Shown: one piece after another, positions 1 to 9,060 of the stretch | How positions within the stretch are numbered: position 1 is the first letter of the stretch | How the letters are laid out: each line of letters opens with the position of its first letter | IMG/VR virus record: IMGVR_UViG_3300029619_000004 | Strand: one strand, 5' to 3' | Origin: a virus | DNA: 60,995 nucleotides | The notes under the pieces: generated by a model | What the model was told of the DNA's origin: nothing | What the model saw: only the letters and a program-made list of their open reading frames with translations | Databases searched by the model: none | Program-made: the position numbers and the translations under genes

Positions 1-99
1 GTTCAAGAATCCTATAGCACCATTAGCCGCCGCCTTGAAAGCGTCCTTAAATGCTACTGGTACTTTGCTTAGAACATCATCCCATTTCTTCTTAGTAAA
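1..99. repeat. terminal 99-bp duplication identical to 60897-60995 (circular-contig overlap)
   Basis: Bases 1-99 (gttcaagaatcc...cttagtaaa) recur exactly as the last 99 bases. A minus-strand ORF reads through the join in frame. Confidence 0.9.
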
Positions 100-3000
100 C
101 CATGGTGCAACATTAACAGTCCACCACTTAGTAAGATTGGCTACCCATTGAGTAGATGTCTCTGTCCACTTTGTATTGAACGATTCCTTTACGTTATTGA
201 GTACTTCCAGCCACTTTTCTAATGAAAACCATGGTACAACGCTTTCTTCCCACCATGTGACAAGAGCTGTTCCATTCCACCATTCCACGATCTCATCCCA
301 TTTGGTCTGCGCCGCTACTAAGATATTCCCCAGCAGTTCAGTCCACTTTTCAACGGTAAACCATGGAAGAACATAGTTTTCCCAAAATTCGTTAATCTTC
401 TCTGTAAACGTATCGAATAGAGAAGTAAATCCCTCAATGATTCCTAAGAAGATATTTTCGCCTAATGGTTTCATTTCTTCCGCAGGGGAATGAATACCGA
501 ATACATCTTTTATTTTCCCAACAAATTTATCAAAAAATCTGCTTACTACATCACCTATAGTCAATTCTGAGTTGCTATCTCCCATAGGCTCTGTAATGCC
601 AGCAACTATGTTTTCACCCAGCTCTGAATAGTCTGTAGAATTTGATTCGTCTTTTGCACCTTGGGAATATTCCGAAACCATATTCTTTCCACTATCGTAT
701 GCCGTATTATTAATAGACTCTAACTGCGTTGTGGCATTGTTTACCATAGCGTCTATCTCTTCTGTAGACATACTAGCATTGTCAGAAATTCCGCTTGCGT
801 ATTCGCTTGCTACATTCTGCCCATTGGTTCTTGCTGTAGTTTTTGCTTCTTCTGCTCCAATGCTTATTGAGTTGTACATTTCTTCATAAAAAGAAGATTG
901 TTCAGAAATAAGGTCTAACTGTTGCTTATTTTCTTTAAGTACGTTGCTAAATTCTTCTACCGCCTGTGAAGCTTTAGAAACTTCGTCTTGATACGGCGCA
1001 AGATTAGCATTTCCACCGGATTTTTCAAGTTCATCATTGCAGATTCCTGTCCAGTACGCTAAATCTTCTTGTGCTTTAGAAAGATTCTGTGCGTTTTCCT
1101 TGACTTGCATCTGCGCTTCTGCTTCTTGTTTTAATGTTTCTTTCCACTGCTCTGAAATAGCTTCAAGTCTTATCTGTTTTTCTTTTTGAGTAATTAATTC
1201 TTTCAGCTTATCGGTAGTGATTGTCAGTTTTTCATTTTCTGAATCATAGTACTCATTCAGTTCGGGCATTTTGCTAATAAGTTCTTGTGTGTACTGTGTA
1301 AGTAATTTTTGCTCGTCTGCTGTAAGATTTGTCTTACTGCTTAATGCTCCATATTTATCAGCAAGTGTTTCAAGAAAAAGAATATTTTCATCCTTTGTAT
1401 TTATCTGTTCTCTAAATGCTTCATTTGTTTCCCTTATTCTGTCTGTAAGGTTTTTTGCTTTTTCTGCTATATTGTTAAAAGTATCTCCATACTTTTTAGA
1501 CTGTTCCTCTCCAAATTTAGCAAGCTCTAAGTCTATAAAAGTGCTATCCAACTTATTAGCAAGTAATGTGATTGAAAGAGGAATTGCAATAGACCATGTA
1601 ATGCCAGATTCTAATACAGATGCAATCGCAGTATTTATTACACCTTTTAGCTTTTCTGCTATAGACGCACCAAGACCAGTAAATTTCAACAGTAATACAG
1701 ATGTTGTAATTGCTGTTTCAATAGGTGCTGCGCTGAATATTCCTATATAGGTTTCAATTGCGGCATTGATAGCCTGCCATATTACTTGACCTACCTTAGA
1801 CAAAATTCCTTTAAAATCTATCTTCGATATAAAATCTCCTATTTTGTAACCAATATAAGACCATTTTACTTTTTTAAGGTACGTAATCATGGTATCTAAC
1901 AAGCCGTTAGCCCATGTATTGATAGTATGTGCCAGTAACCCAAAATCAAAATTTCTAAAGAAAGAGTTTACTCCCTCGGCTAATGATTCTCCAAAGTTCC
2001 TCCAATCAAATGTAGTGCCAAATGAATCAAGGAAATGTAATGCTGAATTTAAGGAATTTGCTATTGTTTTTCCTACATTACTAAATAATCTGGGAGATAT
2101 AAGACCATTAAGGAAATTCGCAAGACCTTTTCCAAAATTATCAGCCTTTTTATAGATTTTATTCCAGTCCACATTGTCCATAGCCTTGTTAAGAGCCGCA
2201 TTAATGGTCTTTCCTAATCCCTCTAAGCTCTTAATACCACTCTCATATCCCTTGAAAATGGTATCTACCTGTACAAGACCGCCTTGTGTCTTATCAACTT
2301 TGCTTGCTCCACCACCTGCGCCGCTACCATTTTTATCATTATCTCCAGAGTTAATGTTTAATTCATCAATTTCAAGAATATTATTTTTCAGTTTTTTAGC
2401 GTTCTTTGCCGCATCACCAGTAGCATCCGAAAAATCTTCCATGCCGTCTGCCCAGTCCTCGGCTACACCGCCAGCAGATACCTCATACTGCCATCCGAAT
2501 ATTGAACCTAAAGCATTTGTAACAGTCTCCGCAAATGCAATTACATATTGCATGACTTGATTTAGAGTGCGCACAAATGGCTTGAATGCATTAATCAAAG
2601 CACCGCCTATAATGGATGCCAACTGTTGGAACGACTGCGTAAGAACCGTAATTTGGTTGTGCCATGTGTCTGCCGTCCTTGCAAAATCTCCCTGTGCGGC
2701 GGCTGTATTCTGCATGACATACTGGTATCGCAACATAGCCTTTTGTGCCTGCGTCATAGATGTAATATCAGCATCTAATCCCTGTTTCAACGCCCATTCC
2801 TTTAATGTTGCCTGTGTTAAATCAAGACCATATTTTCTTAAAGGCTCTGTCTCTCCTGTGAAAATAGCCTGTAAATTCCTTGCAACATCCGTCTGTGACA
2901 TGTCATAAAAAGATGCCATGTCTGCGGTCAGTTTTGTTAATTCCAATGACATATTCGCCATGTTCTTTTGTGAGAATCCCATGGCAACGCCCATAGCTTG

Positions 3001-3837
3001 GAATCGGCTTGCTACCTGTTTTGCCATCAGCTCGGACATACCAAAATCCTGTATGGATGTCTTGGAAAAGTCCTGTATCATCTTCTCATAATTGCCAAAC
3101 GTAGTCCTTACAACGTTTTCTACTTCCGTCAACGAGGACGATATGTCGATTGCTTCCCCTAGCTTATGGAACGCTCTGAACAATAGCCAGTATGATGCAT
3201 ATAATTTTCCAAATGCAGAAGCAAGGGAAAAGCTGTTTATCTTTGCACTTTTAGCCGACTTGCTAAAAACATTCAGACTACTTGCAAGGGAATTAGCCGC
3301 ACGACCACTGGAAGCACCTGTTCTTGCCAACTTCGCCAACGCATTAGTCATGTCAATAAGGTTTCTGTTTACTGTCGGTGCTTTGGAAAGCGTTGTCATA
3401 AGCCCCTGCATCGCTGTAGCAAGTTTAGGGATATTCTCTATAGCCTTAGTTGACGATTTATAACCTAACTGTGAAATTCCTTTTGCCAGTTCTGATATCT
3501 GTGCAGTAGCAGAACTACTAGCCTGAATATTTCCAAATGCTTTACTAAGCTGGTTCATAGAGGATGCCGCACGATTGATTTTAGTTGTGTCTACTGTGGA
3601 TATCTTCTCTATGCCCTTTGCAAGCCTTGTAAAATCAGTAGTCTTTACATTATTCATGCTCTGCATGGCATTTGAAAGCCTATTCACACTATTTGCAAGA
3701 CCATTCAAATTACTGGTATTAATGCTGTTCAATGAAGTAGACAGTTTATCAAGTTTTGTAATCAGCTTGTCAATCGCATTATTCGCCTTTGTTGCCTGCG
3801 CTTTAATTTGAATTTCCAGTGAATCTATCTCTGCCAT
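1..3837 (-). CDS. tape measure protein, N-terminal 1279 codons (continues across the circular junction to 60462)
   Basis: Minus frame is open from ATG 3837-3835 to the window edge, so it has no stop here and is absent from the ORF track. The frame matches ORF 60462..60902 through the overlap, giving 1423 aa in total. Ala/Ser/Asn-rich helical sequence with Trp-rich PWFxxEKW-type repeats near 60-420. Confidence 0.8.
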   Translation of the reverse strand, partial: MAEIDSLEIQIKAQATKANNAIDKLITKLDKLSTSLNSINTSNLNGLANSVNRLSNAMQSMNNVKTTDFTRLAKGIEKISTVDTTKINRAASSMNQLSKAFGNIQASSSATAQISELAKGISQLGYKSSTKAIENIPKLATAMQGLMTTLSKAPTVNRNLIDMTNALAKLARTGASSGRAANSLASSLNVFSKSAKSAKINSFSLASAFGKLYASYWLLFRAFHKLGEAIDISSSLTEVENVVRTTFGNYEKMIQDFSKTSIQDFGMSELMAKQVASRFQAMGVAMGFSQKNMANMSLELTKLTADMASFYDMSQTDVARNLQAIFTGETEPLRKYGLDLTQATLKEWALKQGLDADITSMTQAQKAMLRYQYVMQNTAAAQGDFARTADTWHNQITVLTQSFQQLASIIGGALINAFKPFVRTLNQVMQYVIAFAETVTNALGSIFGWQYEVSAGGVAEDWADGMEDFSDATGDAAKNAKKLKNNILEIDELNINSGDNDKNGSGAGGGASKVDKTQGGLVQVDTIFKGYESGIKSLEGLGKTINAALNKAMDNVDWNKIYKKADNFGKGLANFLNGLISPRLFSNVGKTIANSLNSALHFLDSFGTTFDWRNFGESLAEGVNSFFRNFDFGLLAHTINTWANGLLDTMITYLKKVKWSYIGYKIGDFISKIDFKGILSKVGQVIWQAINAAIETYIGIFSAAPIETAITTSVLLLKFTGLGASIAEKLKGVINTAIASVLESGITWSIAIPLSITLLANKLDSTFIDLELAKFGEEQSKKYGDTFNNIAEKAKNLTDRIRETNEAFREQINTKDENILFLETLADKYGALSSKTNLTADEQKLLTQYTQELISKMPELNEYYDSENEKLTITTDKLKELITQKEKQIRLEAISEQWKETLKQEAEAQMQVKENAQNLSKAQEDLAYWTGICNDELEKSGGNANLAPYQDEVSKASQAVEEFSNVLKENKQQLDLISEQSSFYEEMYNSISIGAEEAKTTARTNGQNVASEYASGISDNASMSTEEIDAMVNNATTQLESINNTAYDSGKNMVSEYSQGAKDESNSTDYSELGENIVAGITEPMGDSNSELTIGDVVSRFFDKFVGKIKDVFGIHSPAEEMKPLGENIFLGIIEGFTSLFDTFTEKINEFWENYVLPWFTVEKWTELLGNILVAAQTKWDEIVEWWNGTALVTWWEESVVPWFSLEKWLEVLNNVKESFNTKWTETSTQWVANLTKWWTVNVAPWFTKKKWDDVLSKVPVAFKDAFKAAANGAIGFLN

Positions 3838-3892
3838 ACTGCACCTACTTTCAATTGTTAAAGTGAGTGACTATCTCCAACCGATAGCCAGT

Positions 3893-3924
3893 AAAAAAGG
3901 CAGTAGACTATGACCTCTACCGCC
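3893..3924 (-). terminator. intrinsic terminator between endolysin and tape measure gene
   Basis: Minus-strand RNA GGCGGUAGA-8nt-UCUACUGCC (9 bp, one G-U) is followed by UUUUUU. It lies just downstream of the endolysin stop. Confidence 0.6.
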
Positions 3925-3930
3925 CCTGTG

Positions 3931-4806
3931 TTATCTTTTCAGATATTCTCTTGTTACTTTTCCTGCCTTGCAATCCACCGTGATTCCTACACGTTTTTGG
4001 AAAACTCCGATTGCACTGGCTGTATCATTTCCCAATATACCATCAATGTTGCTCTTGCCTTTTGCATTTGTGGCAGGCAGGCACTTATGATAGATAAGTT
4101 CCGTCTGTAGCCATTTCACATCATCACCACGCATACATGGGAATTTCTTATATAATGTACGTGTAGGCTCTGCATATGGGTTATTGTGCGTGTCGTAGAC
4201 GGTCTGTAATTCGTTTAATTCCCTGTACCATACATTCATATCAACGTTGCCATTAACGCCGCTTACAGTACCTTTTGATGTGTACTGCCAGCCTACCATG
4301 TTTTCAATCTGCGGCTGGTACTTCAAGTCCATGTTTCCCTTATTCTTTCCATATGCCGCAATCCACATAGGATATTTCACACCGCCATACGGCTTGATGT
4401 AGGAATTATAGAAAGACTTTCCAGTATACACACCGAATGCAAGCCCATAACTTCTGATAACATCACCGTAAGCGTTGATAATGTCAATCAGCTTGCTTCC
4501 CAGTCTTTTCTGGCAGTTGTCCTCAACGTCCAGCCATACCATTGTCTCACGACCATTAAGAATTTCTGCTACTTTCCTTGCATCATTTCTAGCCTTTGTA
4601 ACTGTTGTCGCATAACTATAGTTGTAAACGCCCTGTATCGTCAATCCGTTTTCTTTACAGCCTGACCAGTTAGCTTCAAACTGCTTATCACGGTTCAAAT
4701 CTTTACGGATGATTTTAAGGATGGCAAACTGGATGCCGCCTGCCTTGACTTTTGCCCAGTCAATAGTTCCCTGATATGCCGATACGTCTATACCGATATA
4801 ACTCAT
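3931..4806 (-). CDS. endolysin: GH25-type muramidase with C-terminal peptidoglycan-binding domain
   Basis: N-terminus GIDVSAYQGTIDW...VWLDVE...WQYTS matches the GH25 lysozyme pattern. The C-terminal GDDVKWLQ...GILGNDTASAI..FQ region resembles PG_binding_1. The ATGA start/stop overlaps the upstream gene. Confidence 0.8.
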   Translation of the reverse strand: MSYIGIDVSAYQGTIDWAKVKAGGIQFAILKIIRKDLNRDKQFEANWSGCKENGLTIQGVYNYSYATTVTKARNDARKVAEILNGRETMVWLDVEDNCQKRLGSKLIDIINAYGDVIRSYGLAFGVYTGKSFYNSYIKPYGGVKYPMWIAAYGKNKGNMDLKYQPQIENMVGWQYTSKGTVSGVNGNVDMNVWYRELNELQTVYDTHNNPYAEPTRTLYKKFPCMRGDDVKWLQTELIYHKCLPATNAKGKSNIDGILGNDTASAIGVFQKRVGITVDCKAGKVTREYLKR

Positions 4807-5276
4807 TTTTTATCATCTTCTTTCTTTTTGTGATTCAATTCAAAATTAACTCTCATGGCTTCCAATTTTGCCACGAACAGCTCTCTCTGTCTGTCCATTT
4901 CTTCTTCCGATAATGGCTTATTCTTTTCTTCAAGTTCTTTCATAATTGGCTTATCAATGTAACTGCTACGTGCTTTTCTGCCATTCAAGCAATGGTCAAT
5001 AGCAACCGTAAGGGCAGATATGCCATAAGAGCCAAACATAGCCCATGCATCATTATCTTTTTTCTGATTTTCCAGCCTGTATGCTTGTGCATATGGCTGT
5101 AGGTCAGCAGGGCAAGACCAGTCTATATCATGTATCGTGAGTCCATACCCCTTAGTGACCAGTAGCCAATAAGGACGTATTTCCTCACAGTATAATTTCC
5201 ATGTTAATTCTCGGCTTTCTTCTTGTTGTCCGAGTTCGCCTGTGCTTTCTCCACTTCCTTCTCGAACATCTTTTTT
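4803..5276 (-). CDS. gpT-like -1 frameshift extension of the tail assembly chaperone (G-T fusion spans 4803..5632)
   Basis: The -1 frame is open without stops from the slippery site (5276-5270) to 4803. It runs into track ORF 4803..5039. Confidence 0.7.
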   Translation of the reverse strand, partial: KKDVREGSGESTGELGQQEESRELTWKLYCEEIRPYWLLVTKGYGLTIHDIDWSCPADLQPYAQAYRLENQKKDNDAWAMFGSYGISALTVAIDHCLNGRKARSSYIDKPIMKELEEKNKPLSEEEMDRQRELFVAKLEAMRVNFELNHKKKEDDKK

Positions 5277-5632
5277 AAAAAACCGTTAGATGTTAACTCT
5301 TCCTCTAATTCTGTGAAAAAGTCTGTGATATCTACATCACCAGTATCTACATAATCGCCGACAAGAGAAAAGGCTTTATTCTTTGCTTCTTCGTAGCCGT
5401 CATTTGTGTCCATATTGTAGCCAAACTCATCAGAATGGAATTTCTGCAAGCCTACCAGAACCATTTCAGGTACAAATAAAAGCATATTCTCAATCTGTTC
5501 CAGATTTTCTTCTGCATCCTGCTTCGTATTTACAGTCATTTTTGCAACTCTGGAAAGTAATCTTGATTTTAATGTTGGCTCATATCCAAATTTGATTGTG
5601 TATTCTTTATCATTTACTTTGATTGTTAACAT
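5204..5632 (-). CDS. tail assembly chaperone (gpG-like)
   Basis: 142-aa acidic protein directly after the major tail gene. It contains the slippery run near its 3' end. Confidence 0.7.
   Translation of the reverse strand: MLTIKVNDKEYTIKFGYEPTLKSRLLSRVAKMTVNTKQDAEENLEQIENMLLFVPEMVLVGLQKFHSDEFGYNMDTNDGYEEAKNKAFSLVGDYVDTGDVDITDFFTELEEELTSNGFLKKMFEKEVEKAQANSDNKKKAEN
5270..5284 (-). promoter_or_regulatory. programmed -1 frameshift slippery run GGUUUUUUAAAAAAG
   Basis: In the zero frame it reads GGU UUU UUA AAA AAG, which contains the heptamers U_UUU_UUA and A_AAA_AAG. Confidence 0.7.
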
Positions 5633-5660
5633 ATCTATTCCCTTTCCCTTACTATTAGTA

Positions 5661-5692
5661 AGAAAGGGGGCAGTCCTAAGACCGCCCCTGTT
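5661..5692 (-). terminator. hairpin/attenuator after major tail gene
   Basis: Minus RNA GGGGCGGUC-UUAG-GACUGCCCC (9 bp, one G-U) is followed by a CUUUCUU tail and preceded by an A-run. The U-tail on the minus strand is weak. Confidence 0.35.
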
Positions 5693-5704
5693 TTTTTATC
5701 TAAC

Positions 5705-6178
5705 TTAGGTAAACGCTACCTTTGTTTCCATTCCCTTGTATTCCTCGATTGTAAGGTTCATTTCAAGGGTAAGCAACTCATTCTGTGCAAACTCTGGTGC
5801 AGGAATTGCTGTAGGTGGCTGTGCCACAACAAAGAAAGCCTTTTCAAACTTAGGAATAATGGTCTCAAACCACATTCTCTTACCACTTGTCAGCGCTGTG
5901 TAAGTAGAAATTACCGTTTCCCACTGCGTAAGTGTTTCTGTTGTAAAGTTAATAGTAACTGCAAATGAACCGCCTGTATCACCACGCCCCTGAATGTATC
6001 TGGAAACCAAATCTTCCAGTGCAGATGCATCAATCTGTTCATTCTCGATTGTGATACCGCCGATAGCATTAATTCTGTCCAACTGGGTAAATGTATCTGG
6101 TTTTGTTCCTGCTGTATCTTCTACGCCATACCCAAACGTAATACCCAGACTGGATAAGCCAGCTATTGTTGCTGCCAT
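5705..6178 (-). CDS. major tail protein
   Basis: 157 aa. Lies immediately upstream of the chaperone G/GT pair, the conserved siphovirus order. Confidence 0.6.
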   Translation of the reverse strand: MAATIAGLSSLGITFGYGVEDTAGTKPDTFTQLDRINAIGGITIENEQIDASALEDLVSRYIQGRGDTGGSFAVTINFTTETLTQWETVISTYTALTSGKRMWFETIIPKFEKAFFVVAQPPTAIPAPEFAQNELLTLEMNLTIEEYKGMETKVAFT

Positions 6179-6245
6179 ATATACCGTCCTTTCTACCGCT
6201 AATTAATGCGGTCAGTGACACACTCTGTTGTGTGCCAGTTAATAG

Positions 6246-6668
6246 TTATTGTAATGGGTCAAGCGAACCGATTGTTCGTGTAGCCCTAAATGTTGCCGTC
6301 CTGATTTTATTGGTTATCGTATAAACAGGATTGCTTATCTCAAACCTTTTCCATTTAAAAAAGTTGATAGCCGTTGCGGTCATATCAACTAATTCTGCCC
6401 TGTCTTCTGCTTTTTCACCTTGGTAGTTAATAGTGATCTGAAATGTTGGTCTTACAGCGTTTATCCGCTCGCCTGTTAAATCCTGTCCTGCTTCTGTAGC
6501 ACCAATCTGTCTCATTAGAACTGTCGGAAATTTGGGCGTTCCTGTGACTGCTTCATCCTGCGTCAGATACAGGTTCTTATACTTGCTTCCATATGCCAGC
6601 TTCATTTCATGTGAAAACATGTTGAATAACTGGTCTTGCAATCGTAAAGCCCATGAATTATCAATCAA
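6246..6668 (-). CDS. head-tail joining / tail terminator candidate
   Basis: Called on position alone, between the gp10-like and major tail genes. Confidence 0.35.
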   Translation of the reverse strand: MIDNSWALRLQDQLFNMFSHEMKLAYGSKYKNLYLTQDEAVTGTPKFPTVLMRQIGATEAGQDLTGERINAVRPTFQITINYQGEKAEDRAELVDMTATAINFFKWKRFEISNPVYTITNKIRTATFRATRTIGSLDPLQ

Positions 6669-7194
6669 CGGTGAACACCTCCTTGGCAGTTTCCATTATC
6701 AAGTCTCTAAGTTCATTAGCCGTGTAGTACATGAATGGTCTGCTAGGCATACCCTCTGTAAACCACCATTGACCGTTATCGTCACGGTAAAACCATCCGT
6801 AGCGTCCGTCTGCCAACTGTCTTATGGTCTTACCGCTTGCATACTCCCATGTAACACCGTCTGGTAGTTTGCCTGGATAAGGACTTTGTTGTCCGACAAT
6901 TCCTGTTCCGAACTCTACGAACAATGCGTGGTCTGTTCCTGCCACAACCGCATATATCCCACCGCCTTGCACATCTTTTACGTGTTCAGCGTGTATACTT
7001 GAATTAAGTTCGTATGTGAATATTGCATCAAGTGAAGCAACATATGTCTGTGCAATCTCTACGCCCTTTTCAGCGAGTTTTTCAGCTAACATCCTACATT
7101 TATACTCTAACGAATTTTGATAGCTTCTCAGCTCCTTTATGACGTTCTGTACGGATTTCTGTGATAATGTCATGGAGATAACTTTCTTTGCCAT
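6661..7194 (-). CDS. HK97 gp10-like head-tail protein
   Basis: The FVEFGTG motif and its position match the HK97 gp10 family pattern. Confidence 0.55.
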   Translation of the reverse strand: MAKKVISMTLSQKSVQNVIKELRSYQNSLEYKCRMLAEKLAEKGVEIAQTYVASLDAIFTYELNSSIHAEHVKDVQGGGIYAVVAGTDHALFVEFGTGIVGQQSPYPGKLPDGVTWEYASGKTIRQLADGRYGWFYRDDNGQWWFTEGMPSRPFMYYTANELRDLIMETAKEVFTVD

Positions 7195-7202
7195 ACGTCC
7201 AC

Positions 7203-7520
7203 CTATATTGCTTCAAGCTCTTTGAATACTTGCAACATTTTAGGAAACTGAATTGCGATCCAGTTAACCAGTTCTTCATTAGATGAATAATTATCTAATC
7301 CAGACTCACTAAAAAAAGCATGAATTACTTCATGCCTTAAAACTTCGTTAAATCTTTTTTTCTTTGTTTCCATGAAATCATCATCACACAGCATTGCTCC
7401 TACATTTCTAACTGTAATTTTTTTGTCGTATTCTTTACAAAGTCCATCACAATTAGTTTTTTCTAATGTATCGTCAATATCAATGCTATATTCAGTTCCC
7501 AAAATATTTACATTCTTCAT
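7203..7520 (-). CDS. small HExxH metallopeptidase-like protein
   Basis: Carries motif LRHEVIHAFF (HExxH). Its architecture resembles ORF 28971..29294. Confidence 0.5.
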   Translation of the reverse strand: MKNVNILGTEYSIDIDDTLEKTNCDGLCKEYDKKITVRNVGAMLCDDDFMETKKKRFNEVLRHEVIHAFFSESGLDNYSSNEELVNWIAIQFPKMLQVFKELEAI

Positions 7521-7528
7521 GTTACCAC

Positions 7529-7987
7529 CTACTTAACAACTTTCTGTAACAGGAATAAATCGGCTGTCAATCCCTCATCAGCTACGCCCTTTACAATGTA
7601 ATCTGCGCTGTTCTCGTCTGGCAATCCATCATCATTCAGAACGACTTCCGATTTCTTCCATACGACATCACCATTGTTGATAGGCAGATATCCTTTATCT
7701 GTAACAATCTGTACATATGATGTGCTATCGTCTATGCCGAATTGCTTTACCAATACTTCTGACAGCTTATTACTGATATTTGCATAGAACGTAACTGGTT
7801 CAGAGAATCCGCTTACTTCCTTTGTCTTTGGGATCGGATTGCCCTGTGAATCAAGGTATGGAATGAAGTTTCCACTTGCGTCCGTATATCCCTCATACAC
7901 TGGGTTTCCATATTCGTCAGTTTCCTCAACGGTCACGGTCTGACCCTGCAAGGCGTATTTCATTTTCTGCTTATTAATATCAAGCAT
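7529..7987 (-). CDS. hypothetical head-tail module protein
   Basis: Long minus-strand ORF tightly packed in the structural operon. No motif recognised. Confidence 0.4.
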   Translation of the reverse strand: MLDINKQKMKYALQGQTVTVEETDEYGNPVYEGYTDASGNFIPYLDSQGNPIPKTKEVSGFSEPVTFYANISNKLSEVLVKQFGIDDSTSYVQIVTDKGYLPINNGDVVWKKSEVVLNDDGLPDENSADYIVKGVADEGLTADLFLLQKVVK

Positions 7988-8246
7988 TTTTGACCTGTTT
8001 ATAAATCTGATTTACGCCTGTGCTTGCAAGACCGCTTACAATTCCTACTGCAATTGCATTCAGCACGTCATTTGCCGGAAAATCAGCAATTACGTACATT
8101 CCAACTACGCCTAAGATGCCGCCTGCCACACCTACGATAATCGGGATGTAATTGTCCTTTACGCTTGGAATTGCTTTAGCCGCAAGACCGATCAAATAAG
8201 TAATCACTACGATTGAAACTACTGTTGATACTGATGTTATATCCAT
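7980..8246 (-). CDS. holin-like membrane protein
   Basis: 88 aa with two or three TM segments and a charged C-terminus (IP..IVGVAGGILG...GIVSGLASTG..QIYKQVK), like Firmicute phage holins. GGAGG RBS lies ahead of ATG 8246. Confidence 0.6.
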   Translation of the reverse strand: MDITSVSTVVSIVVITYLIGLAAKAIPSVKDNYIPIIVGVAGGILGVVGMYVIADFPANDVLNAIAVGIVSGLASTGVNQIYKQVKNA

Positions 8247-8247
8247 T

Positions 8248-8553
8248 TTAATCCTTACCTCCATTCTTTAAGTGAATTTCCTGTATTTCGTTATACATTT
8301 TGGTTACCATACCATTACCGCCCAATGCGTGATATGCGTTATACATTTCAACAAAATTGTCATACGCATAAGATGGTATTTCGCCGAGTTTCATATACTT
8401 ATCGTGATATTCGATAAGCTGCACTCGCAAAAGTAACATTGTACCTTTACTATTGGCGTCTTTGTCTTTTTTTTGTTGCTTCAGAAGCCAAACTATATAA
8501 CCAAGCAATATTGGTAACGCTATGGTGTAAGTCTGTAATAAAATTTCTTTCAT
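8248..8553 (-). CDS. single-pass membrane protein (holin-associated candidate)
   Basis: N-terminal TM helix followed by a KKDKD charged patch. AGGAG RBS lies ahead of ATG 8553. Adjacent to the holin-like gene. Confidence 0.45.
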   Translation of the reverse strand: MKEILLQTYTIALPILLGYIVWLLKQQKKDKDANSKGTMLLLRVQLIEYHDKYMKLGEIPSYAYDNFVEMYNAYHALGGNGMVTKMYNEIQEIHLKNGGKD

Positions 8554-8673
8554 TTTATATCTCCTGCAATTTAATATAGGCGCACCGCCCTCCACCTCTT
8601 ACTGCGCGCCGCCTACGACCATCTTACTGATTCAAGTAAAAAGGTCATGCACAATCTTCTTTTTTCATACAAT

Positions 8674-9051
8674 TCAGAGAGCTTTAACATGCCAAGAAAT
8701 ATCATAATAACATAATATGTCTTCTTTGCTATTCCATGTTCTTGTTATTCCATTTTCTGAATAGCTGGCACTGTAATCTGCTCCTAATTTGTTACGATCA
8801 TAAAGCGCAAGTTCAACAATAGCTTCTTCTTTCTTTTTTAAGTATTCTTCTTTTTTTGCGCTTGATATTCCAGAAGCATTTATTACTAATTGCTCATTTT
8901 GATATAACAGTAACTCAATAAGTGGGTTATCTTCCTTACGATCGAATACAGTAACATCAGACGTAATTCCTGTGTCGGGGTCTGTGACTTCCTCTGTATG
9001 AAATTGTCCTAGCCTGATTTTTACTTTCTGTAAAGTACTGTATTTTTCCAT
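8674..9051 (-). CDS. head-tail connector candidate (gp6-like position)
   Basis: Called on position downstream of the capsid gene, and on size. Confidence 0.4.
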   Translation of the reverse strand: MEKYSTLQKVKIRLGQFHTEEVTDPDTGITSDVTVFDRKEDNPLIELLLYQNEQLVINASGISSAKKEEYLKKKEEAIVELALYDRNKLGADYSASYSENGITRTWNSKEDILCYYDISWHVKAL

Positions 9052-9060
9052 ACGGACTCC

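Noticed and set aside
176-3811. A series of plus-strand track ORFs (176..376, 1271..1750, 1889..2155, 2174..2560, 2567..2908, 3092..3463, 3575..3811)
   Set aside because: All are antisense to one continuous 1279-codon minus-strand ORF (the tape measure). They encode Ser/Leu/Phe-rich low-complexity sequence, lack RBSs and do not tile as an operon.
7573-7580. CUGAUGAG on the minus strand inside gene 7529..7987, and CTGATGA at about 44733-44739 on the plus strand
   Set aside because: Both are coding sequence. Neither has an adjacent GAAAC/GUC element or flanking helices, so these are chance heptamers.
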